A stretch of DNA of 64,000 nucleotides from positions 214,475 through 278,474 of the forward strand of contig CBDCEA010000004.1 of the NCBI GenBank assembly GCA_965215635.1. Direction: 5' to 3'. Under the pieces are notes generated by a model. It did not search any database. It was not told where the DNA came from and saw only the letters and a program-made list of their open reading frames with translations. Every line of letters begins with the position of its first letter. Positions within the stretch are counted from its first letter, which is position 1. This DNA comes from Alphaproteobacteria bacterium. Lineage in GTDB: Bacteria; Pseudomonadota; Alphaproteobacteria; SP197. Below, piece by piece: positions 53,447-62,890 of this stretch. A program made the translations under genes and the position numbers.

Positions 53447-53638
53447 AGTTATTCAAACTTTTGTAATATATATCTTTCTTTATCTCCATTCTCAGAAGAC
53501 TGATTCCGCCGACTTCAGTTCCGTGTACAAGCGGTCAGCGGATTGGACTCAATCGAGGGGGTGACATGTCCACCCTGAACCATGATTTTCGGCAGGTGGC
53601 CGCTCACGCTGGACAGGGTGGGCCGGGTAGAAGGGGGG

Positions 53639-54634
53639 CTACGAACAGTGCAATGGCCCCCCCCGACTATCGCCGATCCGCGCTCCCTCGGTCGATATGC
53701 CGCGTCGGAAGCCTTTGCTACTGCCTCTGAGCAGAACCCGCTCCTTACCCAACAAGTCGAACAGGCGCTTCCGATGCGGTTTCCAGACGCTTCCGTCCCT
53801 CTGGTCGGCATCGAAACCGAAAACCACGAGCTTCGCCTCCGGGTCTATCGACAACGGCTTCCCCGCGATGCGTTGGAGCATCCCATGGCGCTCCCAGTGC
53901 CGCTCCCGCATACCGCGCAGACGCAGCAGGTTGCTGCAAACTTGGCCGTAGCTCTCCACGACCTTCGCGCGGTTGTCCCGCAGAACCTGCGAATACAGGT
54001 TGATTTGCTCAACCACCTTCGGCAACGACCTCTCATCCTTGACCCGAAGCGCCGTGTGGTTGGCGAAACGTTTGGCTTCATAGAAGACCAACTCTCCGCC
54101 GTCGTCCGACACTCGAAGGGCCGCGAAGTCGACGCGTGGGGCAGAGGGGTCCGTTTCCTTGGTACCCGGCATCCCGAACGCAATCTCAACATCCATGATG
54201 TTGGGATTCGAGTCGATAATCCGCTGAATGCCGGTCTTCTCCCCACCCGCGTAGGGTCTGGCCGCTGCCTTGAGTGCTCGCACCTCTGCCGCGCAACTAG
54301 GCGGTGATTCCACAAATAGCTGCCGCGCTTCGATCGGCAGGCGGTACGCCTGATCGGCCAATCCCACGTACGGCGTGTCGATCGATGGGCGCAACAGATA
54401 CTTGTAGTGGACGCGGCCGACGACCGCTCCCGCCTCCATCCACACCTCAGCGAGGCTGCAGCCGCGGTAGTAGACGTTCACACGGTTGTTGCGTATGGCC
54501 ACGAACAGCTCTTTGTCGTCCATCAGAGCACGCCACCACCCGTCCTTGCGGTATTCGTCGTCCAGCGCTTCGATGAAGTCGTCGTTCAGACCGCGATTGA
54601 ATGTCGCCGCGATTGGGACCACATGCTTCTCCAA
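53639..54634 (-). CDS. Hypothetical protein with a PD-(D/E)xK nuclease-like motif
   Basis: DVEIAF...PRVDFAAL...LVFYEAK...Q...Y; intact 331-aa ORF. Confidence 0.6.
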   Translation of the reverse strand: MEKHVVPIAATFNRGLNDDFIEALDDEYRKDGWWRALMDDKELFVAIRNNRVNVYYRGCSLAEVWMEAGAVVGRVHYKYLLRPSIDTPYVGLADQAYRLPIEARQLFVESPPSCAAEVRALKAAARPYAGGEKTGIQRIIDSNPNIMDVEIAFGMPGTKETDPSAPRVDFAALRVSDDGGELVFYEAKRFANHTALRVKDERSLPKVVEQINLYSQVLRDNRAKVVESYGQVCSNLLRLRGMRERHWERHGMLQRIAGKPLSIDPEAKLVVFGFDADQRDGSVWKPHRKRLFDLLGKERVLLRGSSKGFRRGISTEGARIGDSRGGPLHCS

Positions 54635-54797
54635 CTTGTCTACAAAATACAGAAAAAGAATATAACTAATGGATATTACGCTGCTTTCTTAACTGCAAGA
54701 GTCGACCTAGAAGAATTGTCAACACCCTAGCAACATGGCGCGTCGACCATGACCACGGCATCGTCAGGCGGCGCATACGTCAATTTGAATGGGATGG

Positions 54798-55243
54798 TCA
54801 GGCCGACTCGTCCACGATCAGGCCGAGGTGCCTCAGTTGAAAGGCGAGTGTCGCACCACCCTCATTCGAACCGGCCGGTTCGTCTCCGACTTCACGCCTC
54901 ACCGCTCGTTGTACCTCCAGCCACAGGGAAGACATGCTCAAGTTCGGATTCCCGCGTAGCAATTTCGTAGCGAGAATGGCGTACGTTCCATTCCTGGAAT
55001 GATTCCACAGTTCGGGTATCTCGCATTCCCTGAAGGGCAATCCACCGTTCTTCAGCCGCCCATATTGATACAGTGTTCTCGCGGCAACCATCGGGCAGGG
55101 CTTTTTGCCGGACTCGGACACGCCCCAATCTCTCGATATGTCTTGATCCAGGCGAGCCGCCACGATTCGCCTTGCTGACACTTCTTGATCGTTCCGTAGA
55201 CCCAGGCAACCACGTCGACCTTGTAGAAAACTCGATGGGGCAT
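54798..55243 (-). pseudogene. Frameshifted hypothetical protein (weak DUF6979-like resemblance)
   Basis: MPHRVF..AWIKTYREIG frame joins the SGKKPCP..RNGTYA..LW..GLI frame near 55125. Confidence 0.4.
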
Positions 55244-55314
55244 GGAGGCACTTCTCCGATCAGCGATCGTCTACTTGGCCGGTGATCACCCAGTCACGGC
55301 GTGATTGCCGAGCG

Positions 55315-55623
55315 TCAACCCGAAGCCCGAAGTCCCTCGCTGTCCGCCAGCGAAGGCAGACGGGCGATCGCCGCGCCATTCTTCTGCTCCGCGCGCCGTA
55401 GCTCGTAGAGCTTCTGGAGGTTGAGCCAAAACTCGCCCGAAGTCCCGAAGAAGCGCCCCAGCCGCAATGCCGTGTCGCCGGTCACGGCGCGACGCCCGTT
55501 GAGAATTTCAGTGATGCGGTTGACCGGGACCTCGATCCGCCGCGCCAGCTCGGCCGCGCTCATTCCGAGCGCGTCGAGGTCCTCGCGCAGCGTCTCGCCC
55601 GGATGGATGGGCTCGCGCATCAT
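55315..55623 (-). CDS. higA: HigA-family antitoxin
   Basis: PIHPGETLRED, RITEILNGRRAVTGDTALRLGRFFGTS.EFWLNLQ. Confidence 0.93.
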   Translation of the reverse strand: MMREPIHPGETLREDLDALGMSAAELARRIEVPVNRITEILNGRRAVTGDTALRLGRFFGTSGEFWLNLQKLYELRRAEQKNGAAIARLPSLADSEGLRASG

Positions 55624-55637
55624 GTCGTGCCTCCTTC

Positions 55638-55919
55638 TCAATGATAGTCGACGATTTCCACCCTGGTCGGACCGGGGCTTCCCGCCGGCCATTCAAAACA
55701 GACTCGCCATTGCACGTTGATCCCAATGCTCCACTGCCCCTTGCGGCCGCCCTTCAGGGCTTCAAGCCGATTGCCGGGGCGCGACAGATCGCGTAGTCCG
55801 GTGGCCGCGTCGAGCTGGTCCAGCTTCCGCGAGGCGGTGTGCGCAAAGCCGGAGAAGGCTGCCACCCTTCGACCACGGTAGAACGACTCTGTTCGCTTGT
55901 CCGCGAAGCCAATGATCAA
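55638..55919 (-). CDS. higB: HigB (RelE/ParE-family) toxin
   Basis: RKLDQLDAA..LRDL..PGNRLEAL.G.RKGQWSI.IN.QWRVCF.W..VEIVDYH; toxin-first gene order. Confidence 0.9.
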   Translation of the reverse strand: MIIGFADKRTESFYRGRRVAAFSGFAHTASRKLDQLDAATGLRDLSRPGNRLEALKGGRKGQWSIGINVQWRVCFEWPAGSPGPTRVEIVDYH

Positions 55920-56253
55920 TTCTGTTCAGATGTTCGATTGTCACTCCAACGAGCGTAGCGACCATATCCGCGTTACGTCAAGCATAATCCCGCAGTGAGC
56001 CCCCGGACACGGCTTCAAGCCCACTGGCGCGCACCGCAGCCCGCATTTGGCCCGTTCATGCCGACGCCGCCCGTCACCGCCCGGTTTCGCCGCGGTCAAT
56101 CGCCGTACCATGGAGCACGGAGCGCTGACCACGGGCCCTCATCACGGCGGCACCGCGGCGCCAAAAAGGGATGACCCACCGCCAAGACCGGGCCAATCCT
56201 GATAGTCTCACTTCAGGTTTGAACGCCCAGGGCTCATTGCCAGAAACACCCAA

Positions 56254-56954
56254 GTGCTGACAAAAAACCACATCATCAACGAGATTCGGGGGATCGCCGA
56301 CATGAACGGTCGCCCACCGGGACGCCAGGTCTTCGAGACGGAACCGGCACTCGGACGTCCGTGTGGTACGGCGTCCACTTCGCCAGGTGGAGCGACGCAC
56401 TACGGGAGGCCGGCTTCGATCCGAACGACAGACAGGCCAAGTTTTCGTCCGAGCACGTACTATGCAAGTATGCAGAAGCCGTCCGCCATTTTGGGCGGGT
56501 TCCCACCGAGATAGAAATCCGCATGTATGCGCGCGAGACGCCAGGATTTCCCGCTCACACAACGTTCAGAAAACACTTCGGGAACAAGCACGGGCTCGTT
56601 TCCGCGCTGACTGCTTGGGCCCGGGACAACCACCTCACCGAACCGACCGCCCATCTGCCCGACTCTGCTGCGGCGCATCATGAAACAGCGCACACCGCTG
56701 ACGGTTGGGTATACCTTCTGAAGTCCGGAAGCCACTACAAGATCGGACGCAGCGAACAACTTGAACAGCGTATCAAGCAAATCTCCACGGCCTTGCCGGA
56801 GCCGGTTACGCTCGAGCATGCCATTCGGACGGATGATCCGCCCGGTATCGAGGGATACTGGCACCGCCGATTCTCGGAAAGGCGAGCGTACGGTGAATGG
56901 TTTCGATTGACGGCGGCCGACGTACGCGCGTTCAAACGACGCAGATTTCAGTGA
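56254..56954 (+). pseudogene. HTH-repeat + GIY-YIG (T5orf172/MUG113-like) nuclease, frameshift near 56345
   Basis: FARWSDALREAG helical repeats; GWVYLLKSGSHYKIGRS, IEGYWHRRF...GEWF. Confidence 0.75.
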
Positions 56955-57249
56955 TGCATGCATTGGCCGCTCTCCGGCGCTCTTGCGAACGGGTAGTTCG
57001 CCCACCTCCGCCAGCGACGAACGGAGCTCCCCTGCGATCCTCCACCCAGCCGCCGGTCCGCCGTCTCGATTCGAACTACCACACAGAGAATTCCGATGGG
57101 CTACCGGCATTCCCAAGGCGGCGCCCCATCCGGCTCGCGAAGCGTTGCGCTCCAATTTGTCAATGCTCTTCCAAAATTGACCCACCTCTTCAGGTTTTCC
57201 TTTCCCAGTAGGCTTGTTTTCCCGGAAGGGGCTTTTGGGAGAGTGAGCA

Positions 57250-58165
57250 ATGGCAGGAACGGCACGTCTCGAGCTGCAACGGTTGTCCGACGATGTGAGA
57301 CACAGGCCTCCTGGCGAGGTTGCCCTGCTGCTGGGCTACCGGACCGGACCCGACCGACCGGTCGCGCTGGTGCCGGGAGGGCTCGGTGATCAATGTGACT
57401 GGCATGAAGTTCTACGATCACCTCCAGGGGTGCGGCGGTGGCGGGGCGATCGACCTTGTGATTCATGGCCGCGGCTGCAGTCCTGCGGAGGCGATCGGGT
57501 GGCTGGCCGGGAAGCCTTTTGTGCCGGAGATCGAGGAGACGGTTGCACCGGCGGTGGCGAAGGCATTTGTGCCGCCGGAGGCCTGTGAGCGCTGCTGGCC
57601 GCGGGTCCGGGTCTGGCTGATCGAGGAACGCGGTCTCGAGGACTTCCGGGTCGACGGCTTCAAGTCGACAGGGATGCTCTATGCGGATGCGCGGTGCAAT
57701 GCGGTGTTCCTGTGCCGCGATGCTTGTGGAGCGGCAACGGGTGCGGAGCTTGTGTGGCGGACGGACGGCAGCCGCTTCCGGGGCATGGCGCCGGGCTCTC
57801 GCAAGGCGGCCGGCGGCTTCTGGTTCGGGAGCATGGATGATGAGCCGTTGATCGGCGCGCTCATCGCCGAGAGCGCGATCGATGCGCTGTCGGCGCTGTC
57901 GATCGGCGCCGGGGGATTGGTGTCGATGTACGCGTCGGTGTCGGGCGTCTGCCGACGCCTGCCGGACTGGCTTCGTGGCTTCGAGCTGGCGTTCGTCAAG
58001 TGCGGTTTCGACGCCGATGAGGCTGGGGATGCGGCCGCCGAGGCGCTGATCGCATCCGACCGGCGGGTCAGCCGGGTTCGCCCGTCAGGTGCCAAGGACT
58101 GGAACGAGATCCTGAAGCGCGACGGCATCCGGGCGTTCACCGGCGGCATTCCGCCGGACCCCTGA
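57250..58165 (+). pseudogene. Primase-like protein (Zn-finger-like N-terminus + DUF3991 + Toprim), frameshift near 57345
   Basis: KFYDH..G.GGGGAIDLV, ERGL, YADARCNAVF, AESAIDALS, FDADEAG, KDWNE. Confidence 0.75.
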
Positions 58166-58227
58166 CGCCGGTATCGCGTGCCGATCGGAACAAGGCATTT
58201 CAACGCGACGCTCGTGTCTGATGGCGG

Positions 58228-58491
58228 TCATGGGTATCCACTGAACATGGTAACGTTACCGGGGCCACGGCCGTGTCCGCGCGGCGGATCGATGCCCTGC
58301 AGCGGTTCAAGATCGAGCTCGGCGATGGCCTGAAGTTTTTCGCTGAGACTTGTGACGAGCAGGTTTTCCGGGAGGTTGTCGAACCACTCCCGGTAATCGG
58401 CCTGCAACGTCAGGAGGACTTCCACCGCGTCGCGCCAGCGTTGTGGTTTCGAGCGGCGGTCCTGGGGTCGCCGGTAACGGACCGGCGGCAT
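58228..58491 (-). CDS. Small hypothetical protein downstream of istB
   Basis: RRSKPQRWRDAVEVLLTLQADY..W.DNLPENL...EKLQAI; helical, inside the IS21 ends. Confidence 0.55.
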   Translation of the reverse strand: MPPVRYRRPQDRRSKPQRWRDAVEVLLTLQADYREWFDNLPENLLVTSLSEKLQAIAELDLEPLQGIDPPRGHGRGPGNVTMFSGYP

Positions 58492-58595
58492 TTGCGTCGC
58501 TCGCGGTAGCGGCGCTGTTTCCCGGCGCCATCAAGAGCCATCGTCGTTCTCCCTTGCCGTGATGGTTTCTCGCTGAACCGGGTGCACCCCTGGCG

Positions 58596-59324
58596 TCAGC
58601 TTCGGTTCCGGAAGCGCCAGCTGTCGTTGCCGGTCTCGAGGATGGTGCAGTGATGGGTCAGGCGGTCGAGCAGCGCGGTGGTCATCTTGGCGTCGCCGAA
58701 GACGCTCGCCCATTCACGGAACGCCAGGTTCGTGGTGACGATCACCGGCGTCTGCTCGTAGAGGCTCGAGAGCAGGTGGAACAGGAGATTGCCGCCATTG
58801 CGCGAGACCGGCAGGTATCCGAGTTCGTCAAGAATCACGAAGTCTCGCCGGCGCATGGCATCGGCGAGGCGCCCCTGGCGTCCGTCGTCATGTTCGCGTT
58901 CGAGCATGTTGGCGAGTTCGATGACATTGAAGAAGCGGCCGCGGGCACCGTTGCGGATGCAACTGCGCGCGATCGCCACCGCAAGATGCGACTTCCCGTT
59001 CCCGGTTCCGCCGATCAGGATGCAGTTGCGCTGGGCCTCGATGAAGGTGCCGTCGGCGAGCCGTCGCACCATGTCCTGCTCGACGGGGTTGACCGAGAAG
59101 TCGAACTCCGCCAGGTCCTTGGCATGGGGCAGCCTGGCGATCGTCATCTGGCACTTGATCGATCTGGCCTGCTTGTCGGCCACTTCCGCCTGGAGCAGCG
59201 AGCCCAGAACCCATTCCGGCCCGCGCTTGTGCTTGCCCTCGGCGGCGGCAACCTCGTCGTAGGCCGCCTTCATGCCGCGCATGCCAAGCTCCGTCATCAG
59301 GGCGAAGATCTCACTGCGCCTCAT
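58596..59324 (-). CDS. istB: IS21 helper ATPase
   Basis: [45 protein letters not shown]. Confidence 0.95.
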   Translation of the reverse strand: MRRSEIFALMTELGMRGMKAAYDEVAAAEGKHKRGPEWVLGSLLQAEVADKQARSIKCQMTIARLPHAKDLAEFDFSVNPVEQDMVRRLADGTFIEAQRNCILIGGTGNGKSHLAVAIARSCIRNGARGRFFNVIELANMLEREHDDGRQGRLADAMRRRDFVILDELGYLPVSRNGGNLLFHLLSSLYEQTPVIVTTNLAFREWASVFGDAKMTTALLDRLTHHCTILETGNDSWRFRNRS

Positions 59325-60821
59325 CCGCTTTCCTCCCCGGCAAGCAGCATGTCGTAACGCGCGCAGTCGGCCACGGGCTCGGTGCGCAGTTCCAGTCCCG
59401 CCGGCGTCGCGACTTCCGGCACCGGCCCGGGCTCGCAGCGCCGCGACAGGATGTTCAGGATCACGTCGGCGTTGCAGACGCCGGCCTCCAGGGCCTCGGC
59501 ACAGACTGCGGCGACCACCTCGAGGCCGTGGTCGCGTGCCTCCAGGAGAATGCGCACCATGTGCTCACCGCCGTCCTCTCGACCGTCCAGACGCTCCCGC
59601 ACGTGTGCCAGCGGCGCCGACAGATGCTCCGCCCGGAACGGCGCGCCATTGCGGATCGCGCCCGGCTTGCGTTCCAGGATCGGGATGTAGTGACTGACGT
59701 CATAAGCCACCCGGTTGCGCCCGAAGTCGCGCTCGTGGCAACCGACAACCTCGCCGTCGAGGCGGATCTCCACACGGTCCGCATAGGCACGCACCTCGAC
59801 CGCCCGACCGGCAGCCCTGGCTTCGACCGAGTACTTGTTGTTGTCGAAGCGGATCAGGCAGGTCTTCGAAGCCGTCGTCAGATGTGCCGCATGGCCCCGG
59901 AAGGGTGTCATCCCCGGCACCAGGCAGCGCCGCTCCTCGCGGGCAAAGACCTCGAAATCTCCGGGAAGTCCGGGTGCGGGTGTTCGCGGGCATGGCTCAG
60001 GCATCGTTGGGCCAGCTGCCCGTTGAGGCAGTCCAGCGTCTCGACATCGGGACGCGGCTTGAACAACACATTGCGCAGGGTCCCGATCTGGCGCTCCACC
60101 CGGCCCTTCTCCCACCCCGATCGAGGCGTACAGAACTCCGGCGTGATCACGTAGTGCGCACACATCTGCAGGAAACGGGCTCACGGTTCCGGCCGAGCAG
60201 AACCCGCGTCACCGCCGTCGACATGTTGTCGTAAATCCCCCGGCCGCAGTGGCCGCCGAATGTCGCAAACGCCCGGTCGTGGGCGTCGAACACCATCTCC
60301 TGGGTCTCGCGCGGATAGCAGCGAACAAACGGCATGCGGCTGTAGCACAGGGTGAACTGCGCCACCTTGACCGTCACCGGCATGCCCGCAAGCAGAACCA
60401 GCTCGTGGCTCCAGTCGAACTGGAAAGCCTCGCCGGGGTCGAACGCCAGCGGCACATACGCTCCGCCAAGCCCGCTACCCCGCTGCGCCAGCCACTGCCG
60501 GGCATAGCGCCGCACCGCCTCGTAACCCGCCTCGCAGCCACGATCACAAAGCCTGCTCCAGATCGTCTTGAGCGTCAGACGGTCACGCGGCTTCCTCTTC
60601 TCGTTGGCCTCCAGGAGACCCTCAAGATCGTGAATGAAGCCGTCAAGCTTCGGCCGAGGCTGCGCCGCACCACGGTCGTAGCGATGCTCCGTCGCCCCGC
60701 CGCGCACCACCTTGCGGACCGTGTTCCGAGAAACCCCAAGCCCGCGCGCAATCGCCCGGATCGACTCGCCCGCTCCAAGATGTCTCCTCCGGATCTTCGC
60801 AATCGTCTCCACTACCAGCAT
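59321..60821 (-). pseudogene. istA: IS21 transposase IstA with frameshifts
   Basis: HTH (GVSRNTVRK), FQFDWS, YDNM, GWEKGRVE, FDNNKYSV spread over three frames. Confidence 0.92.
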
Positions 60822-60943
60822 CTCCCCACTCCTCGACAGCTGCCACAACAGCCGTAAGGAGTACCGATTCGCTACCGGGAAGGTGGGTCAATTTTGGACG
60901 AGGATTCTTCCCGTAGTGGGTCAATTTTGCAGGTGGTTTCACA

Positions 60944-61156
60944 GTCGAGACCCAGCCGCCGAGTGAACCGACCACCGTGCCCATGCTTGACCCCGTGAGC
61001 CCACGGGTCCCTCCCGCGCGCGCCGCCGCGTCAGCCTGTTGAGGGCACGCCGCGTCGCACGCGGGGCCCTCCCGTGGACTACGGGGACAAACTCGCAGCC
61101 GCCGGTGGCCCCTCTTTACACCGCCGCGGTGGCCCCATTTTACTCCGCCGTTGACA
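60944..61156. mobile_element. Isolated end of a second, different IS21-like element
   Basis: Terminal TGTCAAC (reverse from 61156) with tandem 22-bp repeats GGTGGCCCC....TAC.CCGCC at 61104-61125 and 61128-61149. Confidence 0.7.
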
Positions 61157-61513
61157 CGTTCGGCGTAGTAACGATCCACCGGATCGTTTCCGAACCCGTC
61201 TCACCCATTGCCAGGATCTCCCGCTCCTCGTGCAGCCGCCGGTTCTCACGTTTGAGACGGCGCAGCACGTCGCGTTCCCCGCTGGTCGGGCCATCCGCGC
61301 CGCGACCTTCATCGCGATCGGACTGGGCCACTCAGTTGCGGATCGCCTGGGCCGACGGCTCGAACTCCCGCGACAGCTCCTCCGGCGTGCGGCCGGTGCG
61401 CACCAGCTCGACCATCTGCCGGCGAAACTCGAGCGAATAGGGTGCTCCGCTTCTCGACATCGCGCGCTCCTTCCTCCCGATGGTCAGGCGTCCACGAAAG
61501 CGGGTCAATCCCA
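61157..61513 (-). pseudogene. IS3-family left end and orfA remnant
   Basis: TGGGATTGACCCGCTTTCGTGGAC end; YSLEFRRQMVELV...ELSREFEPSAQAIRN*V...LKRENRRL.EEREIL with an internal TGA. Confidence 0.8.
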
Positions 61514-61603
61514 GAGTCCCCTTGGCAGTGGAACAGTGGTACAATTTCCACGAATTTCTATCTCATCCGGGGAATGCCGGCTAAAAAAGTGAGAAATTGC
61601 ACC

Positions 61604-62581
61604 GTGAAAAATCTGGTGAATAACATCATTGCCGCCAATCGACGAATCAAGGCGGTCGATGGTGGTGTGCGGGAGACCCCGTTGGACGAGTCGGGCAAAT
61701 TCAGCGATCGGACAGGCGTCAGTTTCCTCCTGAAGGGCGAGCATCTGCAGCGCACCGGTTCTTTCAAGATGCGCGGTGCCATGAACAAGGTACTGTGCCT
61801 CAATGAAGAAGACCGGGAACGTGGTATCATCGTCGCTTCGTCGGGCAATCACGGCAGGGCTACCGCCGAGGCGGCCCGGATGGGCGGTGTGGAAGCCACC
61901 ATCTATCTGCCGGAATCCGTGTCCCCCCTGAAGCACTCGAACATCAAGCGGTTAGGCGCGAACACGGTCCTGGTGCCGGGCGACGCCGTCGAGGGGGAAA
62001 GGGCCGCGCGAGCGGCAGCGGAACGAGAGGGTAAGACCTATGTCTCGCCCTATGCGGACCTCGACGTCATTGCAGGACAGGGGACCGTGGGGCTGGAATT
62101 GGCGGACGAATGCCCGGATCTGGCGGCGGTCTATGTCTGTGTCGGCGGCGGTGGGTTGATCGCGGGTATCGGCAGTTATCTGAAAACGCATCGGCCGGAT
62201 GTTGAGGTCATCGGCTGTTGGGCTGAAAATACCCCGGCCATGCATCTTTGCATGGAAAAGGGCGAGATCTATGATACCCCTGAGACTCACTCCCTATCCG
62301 ACGGGACTGCCGGCAGTATAGAAGAGGGGGCCATCACCTTCCCGCTTTGCCAGCAGGTCATTGACCGGCATCTGCTGATCGGCGAAGCGGAGATTGCCAG
62401 CGCCATGCGCGACATGGCGGCCACTGAAAATTTCATTATCGAAGGGTCGGCGGGCGTGGCCTTGGCAGCGGCTCTCAAGACCGCAAGCGACTATCAGGGC
62501 CGGAAGATCGCGGTGGTGGTTTGCGGTCGTAACATCGCGCTGGACACCTTCCGCTCCGTGTTGGAGATGGGCGAGCAATAG
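61604..62581 (+). CDS. PLP-dependent threonine/serine dehydratase-racemase family protein (no ACT domain)
   Basis: LQRTGSFKMRGA, SSGNHG, AGQGT, VGGGGLI, CGRNI. Confidence 0.9.
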   Translation: MKNLVNNIIAANRRIKAVDGGVRETPLDESGKFSDRTGVSFLLKGEHLQRTGSFKMRGAMNKVLCLNEEDRERGIIVASSGNHGRATAEAARMGGVEATIYLPESVSPLKHSNIKRLGANTVLVPGDAVEGERAARAAAEREGKTYVSPYADLDVIAGQGTVGLELADECPDLAAVYVCVGGGGLIAGIGSYLKTHRPDVEVIGCWAENTPAMHLCMEKGEIYDTPETHSLSDGTAGSIEEGAITFPLCQQVIDRHLLIGEAEIASAMRDMAATENFIIEGSAGVALAAALKTASDYQGRKIAVVVCGRNIALDTFRSVLEMGEQ

Positions 62582-62890
62582 GAGGCTGAGAGTACGTAAT
62601 CATGCCTTTTGGACTTTCTTGTCCAATTGGCAGTTCACCGCATATCAAGTGGCTGTCGGCCACCTGGAACCATTTTCGGATGGGGATCCGCCGCCAGAAT
62701 AACAATCGGAATTTATCCGCCTACCGCGCTTACTCGAGGAGCGATCAATGACGGCAATCCCGGTTATCGCTCTGGAGGCCATTCAGCCGGAATACCCTCA
62801 ATCACGAAGTCCGTGTGGCCTTCGAGCGAACGCGCAGCCTTCATAGCTGGCACTTACCCTTTGGAGCGATGGCCTAGCCCGGATTTCTCA

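Larger units (their letters stand above)
57158..60943 (-). mobile_element. IS21-family element carrying passenger genes
   Basis: Ends TGTCAATGCTCTTCCAAAATTGACCCAC (57158) and TGTGAAACCACCTGCAAAATTGACCCAC (reverse from 60943), with a second internal CAAAATTGACCCAC at about 60884-60897; istA-istB inside. Confidence 0.85.

Noticed and set aside
61332-61334. In-frame TGA in IS3 orfA as recoding
   Set aside because: The position is normally Trp (TGG), so this is a simple nonsense mutation in a truncated IS
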